Source: an uncultured Actinomycetes bacterium (lineage in GTDB: Bacteria > Actinomycetota > Acidimicrobiia > IMCC26256 > PALSA-555). Taken from it: a stretch of DNA of 58,998 nucleotides. The stretch spans positions 1-58,998 of the forward strand of contig CAIUKV010000138.1 in assembly GCA_903899845.1 (NCBI GenBank). Reading direction: 5' to 3'. The first letter of the stretch is position 1, and every line of letters begins with the position of its first letter. Below, in pieces: positions 20,251 through 29,669 of this stretch. The notes below the pieces were generated by a model. It saw only the letters and a list, made by a program, of their open reading frames with translations. It did not search any database and was not told the DNA's origin. A program made the translations under genes and the position numbers.

Positions 20251-20886
20251 GTGGGCCGCTACTCGCTCGGTGTCGTCGACGTCGCGTTCTGGCCCGACCG
20301 GGGCGCAGCCGCGGCCGAGCGGGCCCGGGCCCTCGGGTTCGAGCACATCGACGTCGCGGTCGACGTCGATCCGGCGACCCTCGTGCTGCCGGTGGGGTGC
20401 CCCACCGCCTTCCCCCGTCCGGCCCCGGGATGGTGCGCGACGCCCGCCCCGGCCGCCGGCGAGGGTCGCTGGGAGCAGACCGTGGCGCGGTTCCGGGCCT
20501 CGCCCGGTGCCCTGCTCGAGCCCTGGGCGGGCGCGTGCGTGCACTCGCTCGAGACGGTGCGGGCGATGGCGGCCGAGGTGCCGGGGCTGCGGTTCCTGAT
20601 CGACACCGGGCACGTGGCCGACTGGGGCGAGGACCCGTGCGAGCTGCTCCAGTGGGCCGACCACGTGCAGCTGCGCCAGGGCGCGCCGGGCCGGACCCAG
20701 CTGCACGTCGACGACCCCGACGGGGTGGTGGACTTCGCCGCCGTGCTGGCCCGACTCGACGCGCTCGGCTACCGCGGGGTGTGCTCGGTCGAGCACTTCG
20801 ACCTGCCCGACCTGGGCTGGCCGCTGGCCGACCCGGTGGGCTGGGCCGACGACCTGCGCCGCCACGTCGCCGCGTTGATGGACTGA
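20251..20886 (+). CDS. Sugar phosphate isomerase/epimerase-family TIM-barrel protein
   Basis: LEP, DTGH, HVQLRQ, GVVDF...LDALGYRGVCSVEH metal-binding pattern. Confidence 0.75.
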   Translation: MGRYSLGVVDVAFWPDRGAAAAERARALGFEHIDVAVDVDPATLVLPVGCPTAFPRPAPGWCATPAPAAGEGRWEQTVARFRASPGALLEPWAGACVHSLETVRAMAAEVPGLRFLIDTGHVADWGEDPCELLQWADHVQLRQGAPGRTQLHVDDPDGVVDFAAVLARLDALGYRGVCSVEHFDLPDLGWPLADPVGWADDLRRHVAALMD

Positions 20887-20920
20887 CGCGCTAGCGGACT
20901 GACGGACTGACGGGCCGGGC

Positions 20921-22528
20921 TCAGGCCTCGAGCCGGTCCCGCAGCTCGCGCTTGAGGATCTTGTTCATCGCGTTGCGGGGCATGGCCTCCACCACGTGCC
21001 ACTCCTCGGGGACCTTGTACGCGGCGAGCTCGGCCCGACACCGGTCGGCGAGCTCGTCGGCGGTGAGCGTCGCGTCGGGTGCCGGCTCCACGAAGGCCAC
21101 GACCCGCTCGCCGAGTCGGGGGTCGGGGCGGCCGACGACCGCGCAGGCCGCGACCCGGGGGTCGCCGTGCAGGACCCGCTCGACCTCCGCCGGGTACACG
21201 TTCGCGCCGCCGCGGATCACGAGGTCGTGGCGGCGGTCGCGCACGAACAGCTCGCCCTGTTCGTCGACGCACCCGAGGTCCCCGGTGTGCAGCATCCCGC
21301 CCCGCAGGGCCGCGGCCGTGGCCTCGGGCTGGTTCCAGTACCCGAGCATCGGCGTGTAGACGCCGGCCCACGGGCCGTCGGTCCGGGGCGCCACGCAGAT
21401 CTCGCCGACCTCGCCCGGGGGAACCTCGCGGTCGGCGTCGTCGACGATCACGATCCGCACGTGGGGGAGCGCGGAGCCCGCGCCGCCCGGGACCGGCGGC
21501 GCGGCCGGATCGCTCATCGTCACCGCGGTCGGGGCCTCGGTGAGCCCGTAGCCGACCGTCACCTCGGTGCCGTAGCGGGCCCGGTACAGGTCACGGAAGA
21601 CGTCGGGGCAGTCGGCCCCGCCCACTCCGGGCGTGGTGAGGCTGGCGAGGTCGGCCTCGGCGACCTCCGGGTGGGTCAGCAGCCCGTGGAGGATCGCGGG
21701 CACGGTCGAGCACGACGTGACCCGCTCGTCGCGGATCCAGGCCGCGAGCCCGACCGGGTCGACCCGGTCGATGGCCACACAGGTCGCGCCGCCCTGGAAC
21801 GCGACCAGCGGGCCCAGCGCGATCAGGTTCAGGATCGTGAGGGGCAGGAGCACGCCGAGCCGGGTGTCGGTGTCGGTGGTGCCGCGGCTGCGGGCGACCG
21901 CACCGGGGAGCAGCAGGTTGTGCTGGCTGTGGACAGCGCCCTTCGGGAACCCGGTCGTGCCGCTGGTGTAGGCGATGGCCGCCGGAGCGAACGGGTCCAC
22001 GACCGGGCGGTCGCCGGGGGTCGCGGCCGCGACCCGGGCGTGCCACTCGTCGCGGGGTCCGGCCGCCGGGTCGCAGGGGACGAGCGCGTGGAGCCCGGGG
22101 AGGTCGCCGGTGTGGGGACCCACCTCGTCGACCACCGCAGGGTCGGCGACCAGGACCCCCACGTCGGCGTCGTGCAGGATGTAGGCCTTCTCGGGCGGGG
22201 CGAGCGGGAGGTTGACCCCCAGCCAGATCGCGCCGAGCCGCATGCAGGCGAGGAAGCCGACGACGATCTCGGGGTGGTTGGCGGTGGCGAAGGCGACCCG
22301 ATCCCCGGATGACACCCCGAGGTCGCGCAGCGCGGCGGCGGCCCGGTCGACCTCGAGGTCGAGTGCCGCGAACGTGTAGCGCCGGTGCCGTCCGACCAGC
22401 GCCTCCCGGGCCGGGTCGGCGGCGAGCCCGGGGTCGAGCACGGCGGCCACGGTCCGGGGCCCCCCGCCGGGGATCTCCGGCCGGGTCGAGGGGGCGATCA
22501 GCCCGGCGGTCGGCGCGGGGGGCTCCAT
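20921..22528 (-). CDS. AMP-binding acyl-CoA ligase
   Basis: YTSGTTGFPKG, GYGLTE, LHTGDLG, YKVP, KILK. Confidence 0.93.
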   Translation of the reverse strand: MEPPAPTAGLIAPSTRPEIPGGGPRTVAAVLDPGLAADPAREALVGRHRRYTFAALDLEVDRAAAALRDLGVSSGDRVAFATANHPEIVVGFLACMRLGAIWLGVNLPLAPPEKAYILHDADVGVLVADPAVVDEVGPHTGDLPGLHALVPCDPAAGPRDEWHARVAAATPGDRPVVDPFAPAAIAYTSGTTGFPKGAVHSQHNLLLPGAVARSRGTTDTDTRLGVLLPLTILNLIALGPLVAFQGGATCVAIDRVDPVGLAAWIRDERVTSCSTVPAILHGLLTHPEVAEADLASLTTPGVGGADCPDVFRDLYRARYGTEVTVGYGLTEAPTAVTMSDPAAPPVPGGAGSALPHVRIVIVDDADREVPPGEVGEICVAPRTDGPWAGVYTPMLGYWNQPEATAAALRGGMLHTGDLGCVDEQGELFVRDRRHDLVIRGGANVYPAEVERVLHGDPRVAACAVVGRPDPRLGERVVAFVEPAPDATLTADELADRCRAELAAYKVPEEWHVVEAMPRNAMNKILKRELRDRLEA

Positions 22529-22532
22529 CGGC

Positions 22533-23303
22533 TCACGCGCCCATGTACCAGCCGCCGCTGGCGTTGATCGTCGCGCCGGTCACGAAGCTGGACTCCTCCG
22601 ACGCCAGCCACGCGACCACCGCGGCGATCTCCTCGGGCTGCCCGAGCCGGCGCAGCGGGGTGCGCTCGGCCTCCGGCGCCAGGCGGTCGGCGTGCTTCTC
22701 GACGAACTTCGTCCACACGATCCCGACCGCGATCGCGTTGGCCCGGATCCCGAAGGGCCCGCCCTCGGCGGCGATGGTGCGGGTCAGGGACTGCAGGCCG
22801 GCCTTGGCCGCTGCGTAGGGACCCTCGGTCCCGCCGCCGCCGAGCGCACTGGCCACCGACGAGACGTTCACCACGCTCCCGCCGCCCCGCTCGATCATCC
22901 CCGGCATCACCCGCTTGGCTAGGTACCAGCAGCCGGTGAGGTCGACCGCGAGCACCCGGTCCCAGTCGCCGGGGTCGTAGTCGACGACGAGGCCGAGGAC
23001 GTTCACCGCCGCGTTGTTGACGAGCAGGTCGATCGGCCCGAGGTCGGTGGTGACCGCGTCGACGACCGTGTCGATCTGGTCGCGGTCGCCGGCGTCGAGG
23101 AGATGCCCGACCACCGTGGCGTCGGGGAACTCGGCCTGGAGGTCGGCGACGGTGGCGGCGGTGCGGCCGGCGTGCACGTCGGTGACGACCACGGCGGCAC
23201 CCTCGGCGGCGAGCCGGCGGGCGCAGGCCCGGCCGATCCCCGACCCGGCGGCGCCGGTGACCAGCGCGACCCGGCCCCCGAACCCGTAGCGGGCGATGCT
23301 CAC
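22533..23303 (-). CDS. SDR oxidoreductase
   Basis: TGAAGSGIG, NNAA, YAAAK; GTGA overlap with amidohydrolase stop. Confidence 0.9.
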   Translation of the reverse strand: MSIARYGFGGRVALVTGAAGSGIGRACARRLAAEGAAVVVTDVHAGRTAATVADLQAEFPDATVVGHLLDAGDRDQIDTVVDAVTTDLGPIDLLVNNAAVNVLGLVVDYDPGDWDRVLAVDLTGCWYLAKRVMPGMIERGGGSVVNVSSVASALGGGGTEGPYAAAKAGLQSLTRTIAAEGGPFGIRANAIAVGIVWTKFVEKHADRLAPEAERTPLRRLGQPEEIAAVVAWLASEESSFVTGATINASGGWYMGA

Positions 23304-24502
23304 GTGCCGGCGGGGACGCGCACGCCCCCGAGCAGGTCGCGGAGGTTGTCGCGCATGATCCGGCGCACGTCGCCGTCGGACAGGCCGGGGAGCGACTCGA
23401 CGAAGTCGCGGGGCTCGGCCAGGCCCTCGGCGTGGGGGAAGTCGGAGCCGAACAGCACGCGGTCGGCGCCGATCACCCCGGCCAGTGCCGGGATGTCCTC
23501 CTCGTGGAAGGGCGACACCCACACGTGGCGCCGGAAGATCTCGCTCGGCTTCTCGGTGATGCGCCCTCCGAGCCACGGCCCGTTGCGGCCCATCCCGTTC
23601 ATCTTGTTCATCTGCTTGCACAGGTACGGGACGTAGAGCGAGCCGTTCTCGACGCTGAGGCAGCGCACGCCGGGGAAGCGACCGAAGAGGTTGTGGAGGA
23701 CGAGGGCCGAGAAGGTGTCCATGATCGGCCGGTCGCCGTAGAAGTTGCACCACTGGAACGCCGACTGCTTGTGCGAGGAGGGGTTGGTCTCCTCGCCCCA
23801 GAACGGGCTCATCATCTCGTTGTACCCCGACTCGCCGATGTGGAACGCGACGAGGACCCCGGCCTCGTCCACCCGGGCCCAGAACGGGTCGAAGTGCGGG
23901 TCGGCGGGCGAGCGGCCGAAGGCCGGCCCGGGGCGCAGCGAGATGCATCGGGCGCCGCGGTCGAGCACCCACTCGAGCTCCGCCACGGCGCGGTCGACGT
24001 CGCGCAGCGAGCACAGTGGCGCGGCGAAGATGCGGTCCTGGTGGGCGAAGCCCCAGTCGTCGTCGAGCCAGCGGTTGAAGGCGTGGAAGTTCGCGTAGAG
24101 CTGGTCGGGGTCGTCCTTCATGAAGTGCTCGACGCACACCGCGAGCGTGGGGAACAGCAGGGCCGCCTCGACCCCCTGGGCGTCCATCAGCGTGAGGCGG
24201 GCGTCACGGTTCACGTAGGCGGGGTGCACCGGCTCCACCGCGTCGGACTCGGTGAAGGTGCCCGACGCCATCGCCCGCAGCATCTCGCGCAGCGAGCCGG
24301 GCCGGGCCCACTCGTCGCGGAACGGGGCCTCGAGGAACGTGAACGGGGTCGAGCCGATCATCACCCGCTCGCGTCCGTCGGCGTCGGTCACGGCCACGAT
24401 CGCCCGGTCCCGGAACTCGGGCTCGAGGTACCGGGTGAAGCAGTCCCGGGGCTCGTAGTAGTGGTTGTCGGCGTCGAAGAGGCCGTAGTCGGGGATCGTC
24501 AT
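23300..24502 (-). CDS. Amidohydrolase_2 family protein
   Basis: DADNHYYEP, FPTL, DPFWA, FGSDFPHAEG; GGAGG SD before ATG 24502. Confidence 0.92.
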   Translation of the reverse strand: MTIPDYGLFDADNHYYEPRDCFTRYLEPEFRDRAIVAVTDADGRERVMIGSTPFTFLEAPFRDEWARPGSLREMLRAMASGTFTESDAVEPVHPAYVNRDARLTLMDAQGVEAALLFPTLAVCVEHFMKDDPDQLYANFHAFNRWLDDDWGFAHQDRIFAAPLCSLRDVDRAVAELEWVLDRGARCISLRPGPAFGRSPADPHFDPFWARVDEAGVLVAFHIGESGYNEMMSPFWGEETNPSSHKQSAFQWCNFYGDRPIMDTFSALVLHNLFGRFPGVRCLSVENGSLYVPYLCKQMNKMNGMGRNGPWLGGRITEKPSEIFRRHVWVSPFHEEDIPALAGVIGADRVLFGSDFPHAEGLAEPRDFVESLPGLSDGDVRRIMRDNLRDLLGGVRVPAGT

Positions 24503-24580
24503 GGGGTCCTCCGGGGGACGTGACACGGCGGTGCCGGTCGGTCCATACTGCCCCAAACGGAGCGCACCGGGGGAGGGGCG

Positions 24581-25780
24581 ATGACCGGCTCGTCGTACGA
24601 CTCATCGAACGACTCGTCGAACGAATCGCAGGACGACTCGTCGGCGCGTGATCCGGGTGGGGCGGCCTGGTCGCGGCGGGAGGTGCTCCGCCGGGGCGCG
24701 CTCGGGGGCGCGGCGCTGGCCGGTGGGCTCTCACTCGCGGGCCTGGTCGGCGCAGCGCCCGCCGGCGCGGCGAAGGCGGCCGCGAAGGTCACGGTGACCC
24801 TGCCCGACTACCCGTACTTCGCGGGCACGGTCATCGCGCCGGACCCGGCGCTGCTCGACCGGCTCGCCGCCCAGTACGCCAGGCGCCGAGGGCGGGCGCC
24901 GCTCGAGATGACCCGGTTCCTCTTCGGTGACGTCCCGGTGCAGTGCTTCGACGAGATCTTTCGGACCAAGAACCCGGCCCGGACGCTGCCCATGGGCGCG
25001 TACCTCTGGTTGTTCCACCTGTCGGGCTACTTCGGTGGGGTCTGGCTCCGGGGCGAGCTCGTGCGCACGGGCAAGAACCCGACGATCGCAGCGTTCTCCA
25101 CGGCCCAGAGCCAACAGGCGTTCACCGCCCAGGCCAACCGGGCTGCGGCGGTACTCGCCGACGCGACCGGGTCCGATGCGGCCGTGCTCGCCTACAACCG
25201 GGCCAGCCTCCTCGACCGCGCCGACCCGGCCGACCCGAGCCGGACCATCACGGGGCTCGCCGACACCTACGGCTACAACGAGGGCTACCTCCTCCAGATC
25301 GTCGAGAAGCCCCCGGTCGGGCTCAGCACCCCGCCGAAGTTCGTGGTCTGTCCGACCGACCCCGGGACCCGGCCCCTCTACTGCCAGTACGCGACGTCGC
25401 AGGTCCGCGCGGTCGCGCAGTTCGATCCCGTGTCGCGTCGCCTCGCCGGGGGTCGGGGCGAGTACGGGACCCTTCGGGACCAGGTCGTCCCGGTGCAGGC
25501 GAAGGCCATCACCCGGGGACGCCAGGTCTGGGACACCTTCCTCAACGTGCAGGGCTTCGCGCAGCCGGCCTACGAGCAGCTCCTCGACATCAGCTCGGCC
25601 TTCCTCGAGACGGTGCAGGCCACCGCCCTGTCCACGGTGGAGGCGGTGGCCGAGTCCGACGCCGCGCTGGGTCGACAGGCCGCCACCGCCAACGCCTGCA
25701 TGGGCATCTGGCTGGCCTCGTACACGACCGGCCTGATCGACGGTCGCCCCGACCGCGCCATCCCGACCTTCTCGACCTGA
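24581..25780 (+). CDS. Tat-exported hypothetical protein
   Basis: GGAGG SD; SRREVLRRG twin-arginine motif, hydrophobic stretch, PAGA cleavage site; GC3-biased ORF with no recognised family. Confidence 0.75.
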   Translation: MTGSSYDSSNDSSNESQDDSSARDPGGAAWSRREVLRRGALGGAALAGGLSLAGLVGAAPAGAAKAAAKVTVTLPDYPYFAGTVIAPDPALLDRLAAQYARRRGRAPLEMTRFLFGDVPVQCFDEIFRTKNPARTLPMGAYLWLFHLSGYFGGVWLRGELVRTGKNPTIAAFSTAQSQQAFTAQANRAAAVLADATGSDAAVLAYNRASLLDRADPADPSRTITGLADTYGYNEGYLLQIVEKPPVGLSTPPKFVVCPTDPGTRPLYCQYATSQVRAVAQFDPVSRRLAGGRGEYGTLRDQVVPVQAKAITRGRQVWDTFLNVQGFAQPAYEQLLDISSAFLETVQATALSTVEAVAESDAALGRQAATANACMGIWLASYTTGLIDGRPDRAIPTFST

Positions 25781-25890
25781 TTCCCGCCGCGTCCGCCCGG
25801 CCGCCTGTTGATCCGCGGGCGGTCCGCCGACGTCCGGGCGGGTCGCTGACGTGCGGGCGGGCCGCCGACGGAGTGGATAGGGTCCGGCCC

Positions 25891-26823
25891 GTGGGGGTCC
25901 GGGTCCTGAACCTGCTGGGCGAGGCCGCGGCGGATGCGGCCCGGGCCGCGGTGCCCGACGCCGACGTCCGCACCCACCCGGCCGACGCGGTCCCCGACGA
26001 TCTCACCGCCGAGGTCCTGTTCAGCACGTTCACCCCCGGCCCGGTGCACGAGCGGCTCGACGCGATCGGGGTGCGGTGGATGCACGTCCCGAGCACGGGC
26101 GTCGACACCTGGCCCCGGGAGCTCCTGGCCGGGCGCACGGTCACCTGCGGTCGGGGGGTGAGCGCCGTGCCGATCGCCGAGTACTGCCTCGCGGCCATGC
26201 TCGCGTTCGAGAAGGACATCCCCGCGATCTTCCTCTCGGGGGTGCCCGCGCACTGGAACTTCCACACCCCGATGGGCGAGCTCGCGGGCCGGACCGTCGG
26301 TCTGGTCGGACTCGGCGGGATCGGCGAGGCGGTGGCGGTCCGGGCCCGGGCGTTCGGGTGCCGGGTGCGGGCGTTGCGTCGCCACCCCGGGCTCGGGGCC
26401 CCCGACGGCGTGGAGCTGGCCGCCGACCTCGCCGACCTCCTGGGCTCGACCGACCACCTGGTGCTGGCCGCGCCGGCGACCGCCGCGACCGCCCATCTCC
26501 TCGACGACACCGCGCTCGCCGCGGTCAAGCCCGGCATCCACGTGATCAACGTGGCGCGGGGCTCCCTGATCGACCAGGACGCGCTGCGCCGCGCCCTCGA
26601 CGACGGTCGCGTGGCGCGGGCGACGCTCGACACCGTCACCCCCGAGCCGCTGCCCGAGGGGCACTGGCTGTTCTCCCACCCGCAGGTCCGGGTGACCGCC
26701 CACGTGTCGTGGGGGTCCCCGCACGGCCTCGCCCGGATCAACCAGGCGATCGCCGACAACCTCGTGCGGTACGTGGCCGGCGAGCCGCTCGTCGGCGTGG
26801 TCGACCCCACCGAGGGCTACTGA
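25891..26823 (+). CDS. D-isomer-specific 2-hydroxyacid dehydrogenase
   Basis: GLGGIG, INVARG, LDTVTPEPLP, TAHVS; TAGGGT -10 7 nt before GTG. Confidence 0.9.
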   Translation: MGVRVLNLLGEAAADAARAAVPDADVRTHPADAVPDDLTAEVLFSTFTPGPVHERLDAIGVRWMHVPSTGVDTWPRELLAGRTVTCGRGVSAVPIAEYCLAAMLAFEKDIPAIFLSGVPAHWNFHTPMGELAGRTVGLVGLGGIGEAVAVRARAFGCRVRALRRHPGLGAPDGVELAADLADLLGSTDHLVLAAPATAATAHLLDDTALAAVKPGIHVINVARGSLIDQDALRRALDDGRVARATLDTVTPEPLPEGHWLFSHPQVRVTAHVSWGSPHGLARINQAIADNLVRYVAGEPLVGVVDPTEGY

Positions 26824-26825
26824 CG

Positions 26826-27944
26826 GTGGCGCCGTCCGACCGACCCGGCGACCGACCCGGCGCGGTCGTGGTCGGCACCGGGTTCGGTGTCCGGGTCCAC
26901 GTGCCCGCGCTGCGGGCCGCCGGGTTCGAGGTGGTCGCGCTCGTCGGCACCGACGCCGACCGCACGGCCCGGCGAGCCGAGCGGGCCGGCGTGCGGTTCG
27001 CGACGACCGACCTCGCCGCCGCGCTCGCCCGCGACGACGTGGTCGCCGTCACCATCGCGACGCCACCCGCGACCCACGCCCCGCTCGCGATCGCGGCGGT
27101 CGGGTCCGGTCGCCACGTGATCTGCGAGAAGCCGTTCGCGCTCGACGCGGCCGAGGCGCGGTCGATGCTCGCCGCGGCCGAGGCCGCGGGCGTGGTGCAC
27201 CTCGTCGGCCACGAGTTCCGGTGGGCGCCCGAGCGGGCGCTGGCGGCCCGGGCCCTCGCCGCGGGTGCGGTGGGGGAGCCCCGCTTCGCGACGTTCGTGA
27301 GCCATGTGCCGCTGGTCGGCGACCCGGCGGCCCGGGTGCCCGACTGGTGGTTCGACGCCGCCGCCGGCGGGGGCTGGCTGGGCGCCTCGGCCTCGCACGT
27401 CGTGGATCAGATCCGCATCTGGCTGGGGGAGTTCGCCTCGCTGAGCGCGACCCTCGGCGTCACCTCGGCCCGCACCGGGGTGGCCGAGGACTCCTGCACG
27501 ATCCGGTTCCGGCTGGCCAACGGCGTGGCCGGGGTGCTCCACCAGACCGCCGCCGCCTGGGGGACGCCCGCCGGGCTGACCCGGGTCGACGGCACCGACG
27601 GGTCGCTGTGGACCGACGGCGACGCGGTGTGGGTGGCCGACCGGTCCGGGACCCGGGCGCTGCCGGTGCCCCCGGACCTCGCGCTCCCGCCCGCCCCCGA
27701 TGTCAGCGACGACCCCCGGCACCGGTTCACCCACCTCGAGCTCGGGCCGTACACGCGCTGCTGCGAGGTCCTGCGGGCAGCGGTCGACGGCCGCCCGCTC
27801 CCCGACGCGGTGCCGCCCCCGACCTTCGCCGACGGGGTCGCGGGCATGGTCGTGCTCGACGCCGCGCGGGCGTCCGCCGCGGCCGACGGCATCCGGATCG
27901 ACCTCGGCGCCCCGACCGGGGCGGGTCACCAGGCGGTGCCGTAG
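26826..27944 (+). CDS. Gfo/Idh/MocA family oxidoreductase
   Basis: VGTGFG, IATPPATH, CEKPFA, GHEFRW, GGGWLGASASH. Confidence 0.92.
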   Translation: MAPSDRPGDRPGAVVVGTGFGVRVHVPALRAAGFEVVALVGTDADRTARRAERAGVRFATTDLAAALARDDVVAVTIATPPATHAPLAIAAVGSGRHVICEKPFALDAAEARSMLAAAEAAGVVHLVGHEFRWAPERALAARALAAGAVGEPRFATFVSHVPLVGDPAARVPDWWFDAAAGGGWLGASASHVVDQIRIWLGEFASLSATLGVTSARTGVAEDSCTIRFRLANGVAGVLHQTAAAWGTPAGLTRVDGTDGSLWTDGDAVWVADRSGTRALPVPPDLALPPAPDVSDDPRHRFTHLELGPYTRCCEVLRAAVDGRPLPDAVPPPTFADGVAGMVVLDAARASAAADGIRIDLGAPTGAGHQAVP

Positions 27945-28531
27945 CGGTCGCGGTGGGTGTGCTCGGCGACCGGCTCGCGGCGGGGCGGGCCGAGCGGACG
28001 CACGGGGTGGCCGAGCGGCACGATCGCCTGGGGTACCACGTGGTCGGGCAGGCCCAGGAGCGCGGCGAGCGGCGCGCCGGCCGCCGCGCCGAGGGTGGTG
28101 AGCGCGGATCCGAGGCCGAGGGCGCCGGCCGCGAGCAGCAGGTTCTGCACGCACGGGAAGATCGACGACCCGACCGTGGCGGGCAGGCCCCGCTCGAGGT
28201 CGGCGCACACGACCACGAGCACCGGGGCCGTCCGGTAGCCGCCGCCGGCGATGCCCTCGTCGACCTCCTTGAGGAGCTCCGGGGTCAGGCGGGTCTCGGA
28301 GAACGCGCGTCCGTTCGCGTTCCAGGCCGCCTCCGTGAGGTCGTGGATCTTCGTCTGCACGGCCGGGTCGCGCACCACCACGAACTCCCAGGGCTGCTTG
28401 TTCTCCGCGCTCGGGGCGTGGGTCGCGGCCCGCAGGACCGTCTCGACCGTGGCGTCGTCGACCGGCGCGGCGGCGAACTCGCGGTGCGCGCGCTGGTTGA
28501 GGACGACGGAGAAGAAGTCGGTCGTGCTCAC
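27926..28531 (-). CDS. Nitroreductase family protein
   Basis: RAHREF, APSAENKQPWEFVVV, QNLLLAA..LGLGS. Confidence 0.92.
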   Translation of the reverse strand: MSTTDFFSVVLNQRAHREFAAAPVDDATVETVLRAATHAPSAENKQPWEFVVVRDPAVQTKIHDLTEAAWNANGRAFSETRLTPELLKEVDEGIAGGGYRTAPVLVVVCADLERGLPATVGSSIFPCVQNLLLAAGALGLGSALTTLGAAAGAPLAALLGLPDHVVPQAIVPLGHPVRPLGPPRREPVAEHTHRDRYGTAW

Positions 28532-29172
28532 CGGGTCTGCGCTCCCACGAGCGCGAACGAGTTGACGTACATGATCCGCAGCGCGGGATGCACGGCCCAG
28601 GCGGTGCACTCGGGGGAGCCCCACGGACCGATGCGGGCCTCGACCAGCGGGCGCATCCGCTTGAACGTGACCTCGGCGTCGGGGTCGTCGAACTCGTAGA
28701 AGTGCAGGTACCGGGGGTCGCCCTGCGTGGCGTGCTCGTACGGGGTGATCATCGTGAACCCGGGGATCCCCGCCTCGACGATGTGGTTGATGTGCACGAA
28801 GTCGCCCCAGTCGCGCAGGGCCTGGGCCTCGGCGTCCGACGGTGGGCTGATGAGCACGAGCGACAGCCCGACGGTGGGCCGACCCGTGAGCCGGCCCTGG
28901 CCGGGGCGGGGCGTGCGGACGAAGTGGTGCCCGGTGGTCCCGGGCGGGGTCGGGGGCGGGGTGAAGGTCCCGTCGCACTCGTAGACCCCGAGCGTGTCGA
29001 ACTCGGGCAGCTCGCGGGGGAGGTCGGGCCGGTCCCGGTAGACGTTGCGCCACCAGGTCGCCCGGGTCACCCCGGGTCGGGCCAGGACGTCGGCGACCCG
29101 GTCGGCCGCGTAGGCCTCGGGGGTCGCGTCGGTCATCTCGAGGTACAGCACGGGGGTGAGTCGGTCCTCCAT
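28528..29172 (-). CDS. Hypothetical protein, probable tandem dimeric alpha+beta barrel (EthD-like)
   Basis: Two halves with PG(V/F)...YE pattern; DWGDFVH, PRYLHFYE; coupled to nitroreductase. Confidence 0.65.
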   Translation of the reverse strand: MEDRLTPVLYLEMTDATPEAYAADRVADVLARPGVTRATWWRNVYRDRPDLPRELPEFDTLGVYECDGTFTPPPTPPGTTGHHFVRTPRPGQGRLTGRPTVGLSLVLISPPSDAEAQALRDWGDFVHINHIVEAGIPGFTMITPYEHATQGDPRYLHFYEFDDPDAEVTFKRMRPLVEARIGPWGSPECTAWAVHPALRIMYVNSFALVGAQTR

Positions 29173-29213
29173 CGCCGCGGATCGTACGCGCGCCGGGCCC
29201 TAGGGTGGGCCCC

Positions 29214-29657
29214 GTGATCGGCGCCACGAAACCCAATCCCACCTTCGTCCGGTGGTTCTCCTCCCTGCACCGGGCCGTGGTGCGGACCACCGGGGGTCGG
29301 CTGCTGACCCGGTTCCGGGGCGAGCCGATGATCCTGCTCACCACCACGGGACGGCGCACCGGCGAGCCCCGCACCTGGCCCCTCACCGGCCTGCGGGCGG
29401 GCACCGGCTGGGCGGTGGCCGCCTCCAACGGGGGCCACGACCGCCACCCCGCGTGGTACCTGAACCTGGCCGCCGACCCCGAGGCGGTCGTCCAGGACGG
29501 CCGGCGCCGCGTGGCGGTGCGGGCCCGGATCACCGAGGGGGCGGAGCGGGCCGAGTGGTACGGGCGGTTCGAGGCCTACCTCGACAACTACGCCGCCTAC
29601 CGGGCCGCCACGGCGCGCGAGATCCCCGTGGTGCTCCTCGAGCCGGTCGCTGGATAG
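29214..29657 (+). CDS. F420H2-dependent quinone/nitroreductase (Ddn/DUF385 family)
   Basis: LLTTTGRRTGEPR, ASNGG..RHPAWYLNL, REIPVVLL; TAGGGT -10 7 nt before GTG 29214. Confidence 0.92.
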   Translation: MIGATKPNPTFVRWFSSLHRAVVRTTGGRLLTRFRGEPMILLTTTGRRTGEPRTWPLTGLRAGTGWAVAASNGGHDRHPAWYLNLAADPEAVVQDGRRRVAVRARITEGAERAEWYGRFEAYLDNYAAYRAATAREIPVVLLEPVAG

Positions 29658-29669
29658 CCTGCGTCCCCG

